64,000 nucleotides of DNA from NCBI RefSeq assembly GCF_006345805.1, contig NC_042998.1, forward strand, positions 47,864,001-47,928,000, given 5' to 3'. The translations under genes and the position numbers were made by a program. The notes beneath the pieces are model-generated. The model was not told where the DNA came from, made no database searches, and saw nothing but the letters and a program-made list of their open reading frames with translations. Positions within the stretch are counted from its first letter, which is position 1. Each line of letters opens with the position of its first letter. Shown here one piece after another: positions 11,906 through 24,346 of this stretch. This DNA comes from Octopus sinensis (lineage: Eukaryota).

Positions 11906-12474
11906 CGTGCATTTGTTGTACTACCACCACATGAAAACCGGTATTGGTTTATTTGCGCCCCCGTAATCAAGCAATTAAGCAGTTGGATAGAAAAGACAAG
12001 GAGAACAAGTACCAGGCTAAGCTCTTCAAGCCTGTTCCCCATCAAGGCCGTAAGCCAATGACTGAAGCAAGTAAAAGATGAAAAAAAAACAATATATATT
12101 TCTCGAATGTGACTTTCTTTTTGTAAGACGGTCAGGTGTAAATTGAAGATTTAAGTACTATTTCCTCCAACAGATGCATCGAATATGTAATAGTCGATTC
12201 CGCGTTCTATGCAAAATGGGTATGTGAAGTGTATACATAGACAGGAAAAGTTACCCTACATCAAAAGCAAGCTTGGTCTAGACAAGAATAATTATTTATA
12301 AACGGAAACAAGCTTCCTTGATTCAAATTTTCCATAAAAACATTCCATTAACTTTTATTTTATTTTTAACATTCTTTTATGTTTCTCCCCCAATTCGTTT
12401 GTGTTCTTTTCTTTGACTATATAGGCGTTTTATATTAAGAGCCAAGTGGCATACATGTATAGACATAGATTCTC

Positions 12475-12490
12475 TATCTATCTATCTATC

Positions 12491-12573
<83 letters not shown>

Positions 12574-12599
12574 GTGTGTGTGTGTGTGTGTATGTATAA

Positions 12600-12648
<49 letters not shown>

Positions 12649-12802
12649 TGTGTGTATATATATATATATATGTATGTATATATATACATATATGTATATA
12701 TACATATACACCATATATATCATATATATACACACACATACATATACACATATATTCACACACTCTCTCTCTCTCTCACACACACACATATATATATGTA
12801 TT

Positions 12803-12838
<36 letters not shown>

Positions 12839-12845
12839 CATATGT
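12475..12845. repeat. Compound (TA)n/(TG)n/(CA)n microsatellite
   Basis: Direct inspection. Confidence 0.95.
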
Positions 12846-13507
12846 ACACACGTTCTATTATTCTTTTATTTGTTTCAGTCGTGTGACTGTGACCATGCTG
12901 GAGCAGTGCCCTTAGTCGAGCAAATCGACCCCAGGACTTATTCTTTGTAAGCCTAGTACTTATTCTATCGGCCTCTTTTGCCGAATCACTACGTAACGGG
13001 GATGTAAACAGGCCACTGTCGGTGTCAAACGCAGACACACAAACACACACACACACATATATGTATATATATATATATACAGGGTTATATATACACACAC
13101 ACTCAAACAGAAAAAAGGTATCCTTGTCGGATGTATCAGATACAATGAGCTTTCTTTCCAAGGTAGTCGCTTGGCAGAATTATAAGAGCGTCAGGCAAAA
13201 TATCTTGTGATTTTGTTTATCCAGCTTCTTGCTAAGATTGAATCTTTCACCCTTGCGGGGTTAATAAAGTACTTGTCAATAACTTAGGTCGATTTATCGA
13301 CCAAAATCCTCCTAAGAGATATGGATCCACGTGCGCATGTTAGAAAGTGTTATTTCTGCTTTCTGACGAGGTAAGTATTGTGGGCTGATAAAAAAATTTA
13401 AAAAAACTTAATTCTGGGAAGTACAAGATCTGTAAATGAAATGTTTCGTCAATATTTCAATTCAAATACCTTTATCTTTTTTTTTCTGCTTTCAGTCATA
13501 TACATAT

Positions 13508-13946
13508 ATACATATACAAGTGGGCTGAAAGGAATAGCATGCAGTTCAATGCTGAAAAATTTCAAGCTTTATGCTATCAGCACGCGAAACTAAATGCAAT
13601 ACCCATTAAATACACTGGAGCTGGAGAGATTGCAATCCCAGAGGCACAGTCAGTGCGAGACCTGGGCATTTACATGAGTAATGATGCATCCTTCCATGTG
13701 CATGTTGCTAAATTGGCAATGAAATAAGGGCAGCTGACCGGATGGATTCTTAGAACATTTAGAACAAGAGATCAGGAAATCATGATGGTCCTCAGGAGGA
13801 TACTTCTCCTAAGCCACTTTGACTATTGCTCCGAGCTATGGTCACCAACCAGTGTCAAATTAATCTCAGAACTTGAGGTCATTCAACGAAGCTACATGAA
13901 GAAGATAACCTCTATGCAACATATAAGCTACTGGGAAAAACTCAAG
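13508..13946 (+). mobile_element. CR1-clade LINE ORF2 fragment (RT C-terminal part), inverted relative to the neighbouring fragment
   Basis: Reads YKWAERNSMQFNAEKFQAL...VRDLGIYMSND...HFDYCSELWSP...YWEKLK, with one in-frame stop. Confidence 0.85.
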
Positions 13947-15142
13947 CTCATATTCCAGGTGCATAGTATCTTTGTATTACCTGTGAGACTTCTGTATCAT
14001 CTGCATAACTTGTGATCTTGGATCTGTGTGGCTGAGGGCATGTCTGAGAGGGCCATTATGAACAGCAGTGGTCCCAAAACAGTGCCTTGTGGAACACCGC
14101 TCACTATTTGCATGTCATTGGAGGTGGCCCCATTGGCTACTACAACCTGATTTCTATCCTTCAGAAAGTCATGAAGCCATTCTCCCAATTTTCTGACTAT
14201 GCCGAGATCACGCAGTTTGTGACATACCATTTCATGATCGACTTTACCGAGATATATCACTTCCACATTTGAGTAGTTGAACAGCTGTTTCAGCACCCAG
14301 TCATAGTGTTCTGAAGGCTGAGTCAGGCAGCTTCTTCCTGGTTGGAAACCATACTGGGTGTCAGTTTTCTTCTGGCTATTCGTTCCATGACCTTGCCGAT
14401 GTGCAAGGTCAGAGAGATAGGTCTGTAGTTTTTGGCCTCTGCTCTGCTACCTTTGTTATATATGGGGCATATTATACCTACCTTCAGTTCTCTTGGAAGT
14501 TTGCCAGTTGCAAGGAAGCTCTGAAAGAGGGACTGCAGTGGTCTTGTTATGACTTTGCTTTTAGAAGGATTTCTGGGAATCCATCAGGGCCAGTAGCTGA
14601 GTTTGGGTTCATTTCATCTATAGCCCTTTATATTGATGTAATCGACCATCACTGTTTCTGTTTTTCTATCTGCAGTGGTAAAAAAAACTCAATTGGATTG
14701 GTGACTTGCAGGTGTCCTAGGGGTGAAGTGAAAATACTTTTGAATTGCTCATTTAGTATTTCACTTATCCTCATTGGGTTTCCTGTGAGTGAACCATCTT
14801 TTTCGAGTAGAGGCCATATCCTGCAGTGCACAGAAGCTTTTTCTTTGGCAAACTTGTAGGAAGTTCTGGGGTTAGATTTTATATTGTCTATAGCCTAGGC
14901 TTCTTTGTCAGCTCGTTCTTTCCCATGGGAGAGTTGCAGATTTTTTTCAATTTCCAGAAGTTGTACTTTCAAGCAGGACATTTCATTGCTTTCAATTTGT
15001 TTGTTTAGGTGATTTGAAGTTTTTGTACGCCGTCTCATAAGAATTTTCCTCTCCCTGGGGATTTTCTTTTTGTGTACAGTGGCCTTTGTCCCCGGGACAC
15101 ACTTGTAGCATATGGCTTGCATTACAGACATGAATTGTTGAA
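13947..15142 (-). mobile_element. CR1-clade LINE ORF2 fragment (EN-RT linker and RT core), pseudogenised
   Basis: Reads IKSNPRTSYKFAK...EILNEQFKSIFT, SGVPQGTVLGPLLF and SYADDT (YADD codons at 14007-13996), with stops and frameshifts. Confidence 0.9.
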
Positions 15143-15143
15143 G

Positions 15144-15178
<35 letters not shown>

Positions 15179-15287
15179 TATACATGTATATATACATATC
15201 TATATACACATAAATACATACACATATACATATATATACACATATATACATACATATATATATATATATACACACATATATGCACAC

Positions 15288-15327
<40 letters not shown>

Positions 15328-15800
15328 TACATATATATACACCACATATATATATATACACACACACATATATACATATATATATATACACACATATATA
15401 CATATATATATACACACACATATATACATATATATATATACACAGATATATACATATATATATACACACGTACACATATATGTGTATATATATGTATATA
15501 CACACATATATACATACATATATACACATATATATACATATATATACACACATATACATGTGTATACCTATGCATATATGTATGTGTGCACATATATATA
15601 TGTATATACATATGCATATATATACATATATATGTGTATATATTTATATATATGTATATATATATATGCATATATATGTATGTATATATATATAGGGATA
15701 TATATATGTATATATACTTATTATTTTTATGTATGTATAAATGTATATATATATATGCATATACATATATACACATATACACACACACACATACATATAT
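15143..15800. repeat. Long compound TA/TACA/TATG microsatellite
   Basis: Direct inspection; it truncates the CR1 5' end. Confidence 0.95.
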
Positions 15801-15908
15801 ATGTGCCCATTATGACCGGCTGTGTATAATAGCACTCGATAATCCGATCGTTATAGATATACAATGATAGGCATATGAATGCATATTTGTTATCTCTCTC
15901 CCTCTCTC

Positions 15909-15965
<57 letters not shown>

Positions 15966-16021
15966 CGTCTCTCTACATATATATCTCTACATATTTGTAT
16001 ATAAATATATATATGTGTTGT

Positions 16022-16059
<38 letters not shown>

Positions 16060-16071
16060 GAGAGAGAGAGA

Positions 16072-16197
16072 GTGTCCGTAAAGTCAATGTGGGAATCTCA
16101 AAACTATTTATTGATGTATCTTGCAACAAATATGCAGTGTTGTAAGTTGCATCAATAAATACTTTTGAAATGTCACCATGACTTAACGGACACACTG
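16072..16197. mobile_element. Palindromic Tc1/mariner-type MITE
   Basis: Arms of about 57 bp, roughly 80% complementary, around a 9-nt loop. The terminus (CAGT)GTGTCCGTAAAGTCA is mariner-like. Confidence 0.65.
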
Positions 16198-16446
16198 CAT
16201 GTATGCGTGCAATTATTCAGTTTTCTTTCAAAATGTCTCGCCAGCCGAGAAAGAGCCAGTTTCTAACCTAGATCTAAGGCTCCTTCATTGTAATTTCAAC
16301 ATCAACAACAGGGTATGTATGTATGTGTTAAAGCATACATTAGGAGTACAATGCTCGTTCCCATGAGTTTGTATTTTTCTTAAGTAACATAACAATATTC
16401 AGAATAACGACATCTTAAATTTGCTTGAATGATATTAAAAAATAGA

Positions 16447-16698
16447 TAAATGCGCCCTTTTAAAGCCTAGCCAGGCTCATGGGCCCTGTTTCCCGGTTTC
16501 AATGGCGTATGTGTTCCCCAGCTGGACGGGTCACCAGTCCATCGCAGCGTTACTCATTTTTGCCAGCTGAGTGGACTGGAGCAACGTGAAATGAAGAGTT
16601 TTGCTCAAGAACACAACGCGTTGCCCGGTCCCGGAATCGAAACAACAATCTTACGATCATGATGCTGACACCCTAACCGCTAAGCCACGCGCCTCCAC
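16447..16698 (-). mobile_element. SINE family D (GTGGAGGCGCGTGGCTTAG head, GCGATGGACTGG block, AAAGGGCGCA tail)
   Basis: tRNA-like head. Related pieces lie at 58826-58985 and 63571-63647. Confidence 0.8.
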
Positions 16699-17091
16699 TT
16701 GAATAATATTACAACTAATGAAACATCTGAGAAGACCACAGATCACACCATCTATGTTGAAAATACTCAATTCACTGGCCTATACACACACACACACGCA
16801 CACACACACGCACACGCACACGCACACACACACACACAGTTGTATCTGTAACAGAGAATCTGGAAGCAAGTGAAGCTATAAGTAAAAGCAGGTGAACGCT
16901 AGGGTGTAAAAACATTTTAGACAGAAAATATAGATGGCAGCCTCTGAATCAAGAACCCTCATCGTCTGCAATCATCATGTCAAACACAAACACACTACAT
17001 ATCTACATGCGCGCGCATTTTACCAGCCATCTACAACATACCTCTAAATTAACCATTACATTCTTTGTTACACTTTACAAAGTCTAGTGAA

Positions 17092-17105
17092 GTTGCCATG
17101 GTAAC
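17092..17105. promoter_or_regulatory. RFX X-box motif GTTGCCATGGTAAC
   Basis: Matches GTTNCCATGGNAAC in unique, non-repeat sequence. Confidence 0.4.
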
Positions 17106-17298
17106 AAAATTTATTTACTCCATCCAATAAACAAACCGTCTCTGGCTATAATATAAGACTGGTAGTAGCAAAGACTACTGCAATATGCTGCGCATTGTAT
17201 CAAATTTACTTAGCGCACTAGGAATATTGGATCACTGACTGTCTGAGACATGTTTTTTTTTCTGATTTAACTGAAATTGTAAGAACTCGTTAAAGACG

Positions 17299-17486
17299 TA
17301 CAAGGGGTGCTGAAAAGTCCCTAGCTTTAAGGGAATTGCAGAGGGCCTGGTTGGTGGCCCAACCTTCGAAGTTCTTTTACGGGGTTTAGAAAAACTTAAG
17401 TATTGCTTAGAGGGGAATATGTTGGATAAAATCATAATTAATTGATCCTCCTGTATTTTCTTTTCCTCAAAGCCAGGAACTTTTTA
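17299..17486 (+). mobile_element. Mariner internal-deletion derivative
   Basis: TACAAGGGGTGCTGAAAAGTCCCTAGCTTT start and AAAGCCAGGAACTTTTT end. The interior resembles the last codons of a mariner transposase (GLEKL...). Confidence 0.55.
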
Positions 17487-18824
17487 TAAAGATAAGTTGG
17501 CAGAATCATTAGCACGTTGAGCAATATGCTTAGCGGCATTCCTTCTGTCTTTATGTTCTGAGTTCAACTTCCTCCGAATCGACTTTGTCTTTCATCCCTT
17601 TGACACCACTGGGGTCGACGTAATCGATGAACCATTCCCCTCCCAAATCTCAGGCCTTGTACCTATAGTAGAAAGGTTATTATAAGTGAAGTTACATGGC
17701 GAAGTGATTCAGGTGTTGGGCCCACGATCATGAGGTTGTGGGTTCGAATACTGAACCGGATGCTACGTTGTGTCATTGAGTAAGACGTATTTCTCGTTGT
17801 TCCAGTCTTCTCTCCTGAAATTAAGTCTCATCTCCGAGTGCTAATGCAGCCATCTCTTTCATCCTCGATTTTCCACGGGGTCAAGAGTAGGAGGGCGGAA
17901 ACGGGTATCTATGTCTGCTACTAACAACATAAGCACCGGAATCAAGTGACCGTTATGGCTTGGTTGATGTTGTTATAAAGCAACAGGTCAGTTCTGATTA
18001 CGCAGAGTTGATCCAAGATCAAAGACGTTCAAATTATGTCCATTCATCCGTTGCTCTCATTGCAAAAGCATGCCAATAACTACATTATTCAATGTGTATC
18101 AGCTCCGCTTAAAATGGTTAAGTGAGCGGATCGAAGAAAAGAAAAATTAAGCCATAAAAATGTATAGCTTAATCAGAGGGCATCCAGAGTTGGTGGTACA
18201 TAGAACAGAAAGAAACCACAGCTCATAGGTTGCTCTAGTAGGAAATAGTGCATGAACATCCAGAGTTGTCTTTCTTATATGCCTGCAACAGAGTTGACTG
18301 GTGTGTACTGCATTGGCAACAACTGGTCTTCCATAAAAGGGCAAAAATCGAAAAAAAAACAAAAAACTAGCCCATTCCTCATGCATGTTCAATGGAAAAC
18401 TTCCCAAGTTCAGATACATGACATATGTGACCGAACAGAGCCTTACAATAGTCATGGTTAAACTTCGACCTTCAAGACTTTTTGAATGGCACTGCCTAAC
18501 AAAAAATTACGTTGAAATTTCTTTTTTCTTTTTTTTTGCCGTGTTGACCGCCTAATGACGAGTCATGTCTCATGCGACCTGCTTCTTGAGAAGAGTTGTT
18601 CATGCCTGTCTTAGAATAAATTAATATCAGTTAAACGATAATGGAAAATTTCTAAATACAATAAGATTCTACTTTGACAGAAAAATTAAAAAACTACAGC
18701 CATGTGGCGTACAGACTTGATTGGTTCGTGATCATTGACTTAAACGAAAGTGATGTCCATAATATTATGCTTCATTGGGCTCCATCGATCGAGCCTGATC
18801 ACCAAGCATTTGCTCATACCTATA

Positions 18825-19339
18825 TCTATATATATAAAACTGTAGTTGTGTGAGTGTCTATCCCCTTCGATTTAGATTCCTAACTACTCCCACATTTTGC
18901 GGTGCAGTTTAATCAAATTCGGGTATCTTATAGTCGTGATTCATATCGAGCCCGTCTGAGTATTAGCGCGCGTCTACGATGAGTCTACGATTTTAAAAAT
19001 AATTTAACATCATTTTTTATTCCATTTTAATGCATAATTTTTCGTGTGTCGATGGCGGCGGAGTTGGCGTCCACGCTCAAACACCTGCACCTGTGTTTGC
19101 TTCTCCCCCTCTTCCCTCCCTCGCGAAGCTGTGGGGAGGGAGTGTAAGGAAATCAACGTCGTAAAGCGTTGTCAAGGAGATCAGCGTTCTTTTAGAACAA
19201 CGACTTCATGGCTTGAAGACACCAAAACAGAAATGGCTAAGAAAGCCCGAATTGGCATCTATAAGGGAAGTAACTCTCTAAAAATGCTTATATAGTTATT
19301 TCCCTTACAAACCCGAGCAACGCCGGGCGATACTGCTAG
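18825..19339 (+). mobile_element. Non-autonomous Helitron
   Basis: 5' TC after A, 3' hairpin CCCGAGCAACGCCGGG (19312-19327), and CTAG (19336-19339) followed by T. This is an AT target with no TSD. Confidence 0.8.
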
Positions 19340-20236
19340 TTAACTATATTATTCAATGTGTATCAGCTCCGCTTAAGATGGCTAAGTGAGCGGATCATAC
19401 CTCACATTGACTTTGCTATGCTCATACTTCACATTGACGTTGTCAATTTCAATGCAAGATCTTCCAGCAATATGATGCGTTTTTCACATTTTCTAACAGT
19501 GAAAACAATTTCATAAAAATTGAAAGTTTAATACTGTATACTCGTACAGCTAATATTTTAATTGCCAGCATCAGTACTCGGTACGCATTTAAGATAAGGT
19601 ACGGTAAGGTAAGGTATTAAGGTATTTTTAAATGAGGAGGGGGGGTCGATGCAGAAGGAGAAGTGGTTAAAGTGGGTCGATACGGAAGAAGTGGCTAAAG
19701 GGGGTCACTGTAAAGGAGGAAGTTTGGCGACCCCTGGCCTAATCAATCAAGAATAACGAACAAGTAAAAGTAATTATTTGCATCTGGTAAGTGTTCATAG
19801 TAAACGCTCTACGAACACTGTCCTGGGATTCTGAATTTTTAATACGGTGTGTGTGCGTGCGTGTGTGTGTGTGTGTGTACGTGTGTGTGTGTGTGTGTGT
19901 GTGTACGTGTGTGTGTGTGTGTGTGGTGTGTGTGTGCGTGCGCCAAATGCCTCAGGTAACACATGCATTTTATGGCGGTTGTATTGCAGTTTTAGCGCCC
20001 GACGGCCTTGCCAAGCACAGCTTGTATTATCACACATGGAATTTGCAGAAGGTGCACACACATACACACAATGCTGACGTATGCATACAATATATATATG
20101 TATATAATATATAATATATATATTATATATAATATATATAGATAGAGCGAGGAGAGAGATCGAGAGAGAGAGAGAGAGAGAGATGCATACATTTTACATG
20201 CATATACACATACAAGCGCACATATACAGACAGGTA

Positions 20237-20582
20237 CATCATCATCATCATCATCGTTTAGCGTCCGTTTTCCATGCTAGCATGGGTTGGACGGTTCTAC
20301 TGGGGTCTGTGAAGCCAGAAGGCTTCATCAGGCCCAGTCAAATCTGGCAGTGTTTCTACGGCTGGATGCCCTTCCTAACGCCAACCACTCCGTGAGTGTA
20401 GTGGGTGCTTTTTACGTGCCACCCGCACTGGTGCCAGACAGAGCTGGCAAACGGCCACGAACGGATGGTGCTTTTTATGTGCCACCGGCACGAGGGCCAG
20501 GCGAGGCTGGCAACGGACACGAACGGATGGTGCTTTTTACATGCCACCGGCACGAGGCCAGTCGGGGCGGCGCTGGCAACGC
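20237..20582 (-). mobile_element. RTE-type retroposon 3' end with (GAT)n tail and three internal units of about 60 bp
   Basis: Contains the GGTTGGCGTTAGGAAGGGCATCCAGCC motif and a (CAT)n tract on plus. The unit GTGCTTTTTACGTGCCACCGGCACG occurs three times. Confidence 0.6.
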
Positions 20583-20748
20583 TGATTTGCGGGAATTAGG
20601 CAGAGGCCACAGAATAAAGAACAACAACAAAATGTGTCAAACATATGTTCTTATATTCATTTATATATATATATATTTACATGTACCTATGTATGTATAT
20701 ATGTATGCGTTTGTGTGCGTGTATATATATATATATATATATATGTAC

Positions 20749-20786
<38 letters not shown>

Positions 20787-21204
20787 TTGTGTAGGTGTGT
20801 ATTGAAGCCTACACCTACACATGACATAAATACCTTTAATCTCCACCTGCCGACACAATTCGTCATTGTGTAGTATTGAAACAAAATAAAATAAAATGAA
20901 AAAGAAAGAAAAAGAAAATGCCGAACCCCCACCACCACCCCCGCCAGTAGCGTCACGTATCACATGACGCACAATGCTACAAACTTCCTATCGTTATTTT
21001 ACATTCTTTTAAAGATGACGACCGGATTAAGAGTCACTTGGATATCAACGTAAAAATCATAGTGTGGCTGTGGATCTACCCCCACACACACACGTAAAGA
21101 TATGTGTGTGTGTGTGTACAGCAAACACACACACACATGCACGTACGCTTGTGTATCCACACACACACACCCACACATACCTGCATAAATAATTGTAATT
21201 GTAG

Positions 21205-21316
21205 TCCCACTGCGTGGCACCTTGGGCAGGTGTCTTCTACTATAGCCTCGGGCCGACCAAATGCCTTGTGAGTGGATTTGGTAGACGGAAACTGAAAGAA
21301 GCCCGGCGTATATATG

Positions 21317-21374
<58 letters not shown>

Positions 21375-21378
21375 TATA

Positions 21379-21415
<37 letters not shown>

Positions 21416-21630
21416 TTATGTTTGTGTGTCTGTGTTTGTCCCCCCAACATCGCTTGACAACCGATGCTGGTGTGTTTGCGTCCCCGTAACTTAGCGGTTC
21501 GGCAAAAGAGACCGATAGAATAAGTACTAGGCTTACAAAGAATAAGTCCTGGGGGGGGGGGCGATTTGCTTGACTAAAGGCGGTGCTCCAGCATGGCCAC
21601 AGTCACATGACTGAAACAAGTAAAAGAGTA
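21205..21630 (+). mobile_element. SINE family B with expanded internal (TA)n(TG)n
   Basis: Consensus match. Confidence 0.85.
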
Positions 21631-21647
21631 TACATAAATACATGCAA

Positions 21648-21690
<43 letters not shown>

Positions 21691-22207
21691 TTTTACTTGT
21701 TTAAGGTATCCTTTCGGGGTCGAAAAAATAAGTGTGAGGAGAGCATTATGAACGAGGTAATTGACTTGTCCCTTTCCCCAAGTTTTCAGACTTTGTCCCT
21801 ACAGTAAAAAGAAAAAAAAAAAAAAAAGAAAAAAAAAAAATTAATCGGGGAGGTCAGAATTGGGTCTCCATGCTCGTGAGGCGGTCCCTCGGCATGTCCG
21901 CAGTCACGTGACTTAAACAAATAAAAATAATAAAATATAATTATATAACAAGAAATTGTTGTCCAAAGCCTTGTGGGTGGATTTGGTAGGCGGAAACTGA
22001 AAGAAGCCAGTCGTGTCGGGGGTGGGGGCTTCTTGGATGCACGCACGCACGCGCATACGAATCCTCCTCCCAAGCTTGACAACTGGTGTTGGCGCATTTA
22101 CGCACCTGCCCCGACCGTAACTTAGCGGTTCAACAAAAAGAGGCCAATAGAATAACTATCAGGCTTCGCGAAAAAAAAAAAAATAGTACTGGGGTGAGTT
22201 CGTTCGA

Positions 22208-22400
22208 CTAAAATTGTTCAAGGTGGTACCACAGTCTAAGGTGGTACCACAGTCTAAAATTGTTCAAGGTGGTACCACAGTCTAAGGTGGTACCACAGTC
22301 TAAAATTGTTCAAGGTGGTACCACAGTCTAAGGTGGTACCACAGTCTAAAATTGTTCAAGGTGGTACCACAGTCTAAAATTGTTCAAGGTGGTACCACAG
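22208..22400 (+). repeat. Higher-order tandem array (28-bp and 18-bp units) derived from a SINE B tail
   Basis: Order 28,18,28,18,28,18,28,27 of CTAAAATTGTTCAAGGTGGTACCACAGT and CTAAGGTGGTACCACAGT, with no variation between copies. Confidence 0.9.
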
Positions 22401-22418
22401 ACTGAAACAAGTAAAATG

Positions 22419-23280
22419 AGGCGTGGCTGTGTGGTTAAGAAGCTTGCTTCCCAACCTCACTGTTCCAAGTTCAGTCCCACTGCGTGGCATTTTGGACAAG
22501 TGTCTGCTACTGTAGCCTAGGGCCGACCAAAGCCTCGTGAGTGGATTTGGTAGACGGAAACTGAAAGAAGCCCGTCGTATATACACATGTATATATTTAA
22601 GTGTGTGTTTTGTGTGTATATGTGTGTGTGTGTTTGTCCTCCGCCCACCATCGCTTGACAACCGATGGTGTGTTTACATCCCCGTAACTTAGCTGTTCGG
22701 CGAAAGTGAACGACAGAATAAATACGAGGCTTAGAAAGATTAAGTCCTGGGGTTGATTTCTTCGACTAAAAAAAATCCGGCGAAGTTTCGCATGTCGTAG
22801 CACAGATTTCCGTCGATTTCCGTAAAAAACTTTTATTTTTTTACATAAGTAATGAGAGCGAAAGAGACTAAGAGGAAGCGATTTTATGACGAGAAGGTTT
22901 TCTTGAAACACACACATACTAGATACATACACCACACACATACATGCAGACATACATATACCACATACACCGAGTAAAAAAGTTATCTATCTCTCTCTTT
23001 CTCTTCGCACACACTAACAGAAGCACTTCACTACACACATACTGTCTGTCTCCCACACCCCATCAAACACCACACAGGCCGACTTCAAAGAGAAACCTTC
23101 TCGTCATAAAATCCTCTTCCTCTTAGTCTCTTTCGCTCCATTACTTATGTAAAAAAAATAAAAGTTTTTTACGGAAATCGACGGAAATCTGTGCTACTAC
23201 AACCGAAACTATGCCAAAAATCCCTTAGGGGCGGTCCTCCAGTATGGCCGCAGTCAAATTACTGAGGCAAAAGAATAAAA
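22419..23280 (+). mobile_element. SINE family B hosting a fold-back MITE
   Basis: The SINE consensus resumes after the second TSD. Confidence 0.8.
22779..23215. mobile_element. 437-bp fold-back MITE with TIRs of about 130 bp and an 8-bp TSD
   Basis: TSD AAAAATCC at 22771-22778 and 23216-23223. Arms 22779-22908 and 23084-23215 are about 90% complementary, with GGC...GCC termini. Confidence 0.82.
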
Positions 23281-23382
23281 TAGATACATACATCACACAT
23301 AAAAAACACACAAAGTGAAAAGCTAAACAATAAAGGAAGAAGAAGAGAGCGATAAAAGAAAAGGAAGAATGAGAAAGGAGGA

Positions 23383-23648
23383 AGAGAAAGAGGAAAAATA
23401 TAGTAAGCTAGAGAGGGGAACGTAAAGAGAAAGAGGGAAAATATAGTAAGCTAGAGAGGGGAACGTAAAGAGAAAGAGGAAAATATAGTAAGCTAGAGAG
23501 GGGAAAAGTAGAGAGAAATAGTAACTATATAGTAAGTCTAGAGAGGGAAACGTAAAAGAGAAAGAGAAAAATATAGTAAGCTAGAGAGGGGAACGTAAAG
23601 AGAAAGAGGAAAAATATAGTAAGCTAGAGAGGGGAACGTAAAGAGAAA
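23383..23648. repeat. Purine-rich minisatellite, about 6 units of 42-45 bp
   Basis: Unit is approximately AGAGAAAGAGGAAAATATAGTAAGCTAGAGAGGGGAACGTAA. Confidence 0.9.
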
Positions 23649-24346
23649 GTGTGTATGTATATTGCTACAGTGGTGGCGGAAGAGGGAAGGGAAAATGGAA
23701 AGAGACAGAGCGATATTAAAAGCAATGTTTTCATATTTACTGAGCCTCCTTCCTGTCATCCTCAGTCGAACAGCCAGCCACACCCCATGAAACCCCCCAT
23801 CACCGCTAACATGAGAAACACTGCTGCTGCATCTTATTTGCTCATAATGCATTCCAATTGGGTATTTTTTCTCTACCTTACTTCTTTACCCATATCCAAA
23901 ACCACACCCACTGCTTTTGTTCAATAAGAATTACAAAACAAACCTGAATGAATCCAGCTTCTAAAGCGAACCCTTCCAGACTATCACCACCACCACCACC
24001 ACATACGCACGCACGCACGCACGCACTACATGCAGACATCCGCGTAAACATACCTTCGGGTGGTTTATTATATAAACATACACATTCAGACAGACAACAG
24101 ACTTTTGTGAAATAATTCTATTCGATGTGGATAAAAGTCTTTTCATCTAAGATGAACCTAAGTCTTGTAAGGCGAAATTTAAGACAGGAATTTTTTTTGT
24201 GTAAACTATATATCGGTGTTTCAGCAATGAAATACTAGGGGTACGCAAATCATATTTCGGATATGTAAATGAAGAAAGCAAATGACAAAACCCACTTTTA
24301 TTAATAAATCTTTCCTAATTACGAGAGATTGTTATTAAAACCGTAT

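Noticed and set aside
22208-22400. CRISPR-like appearance of the 28/18-bp array
   Set aside because: There are no unique spacers or cas genes, the context is eukaryotic, and the units derive from a SINE tail.
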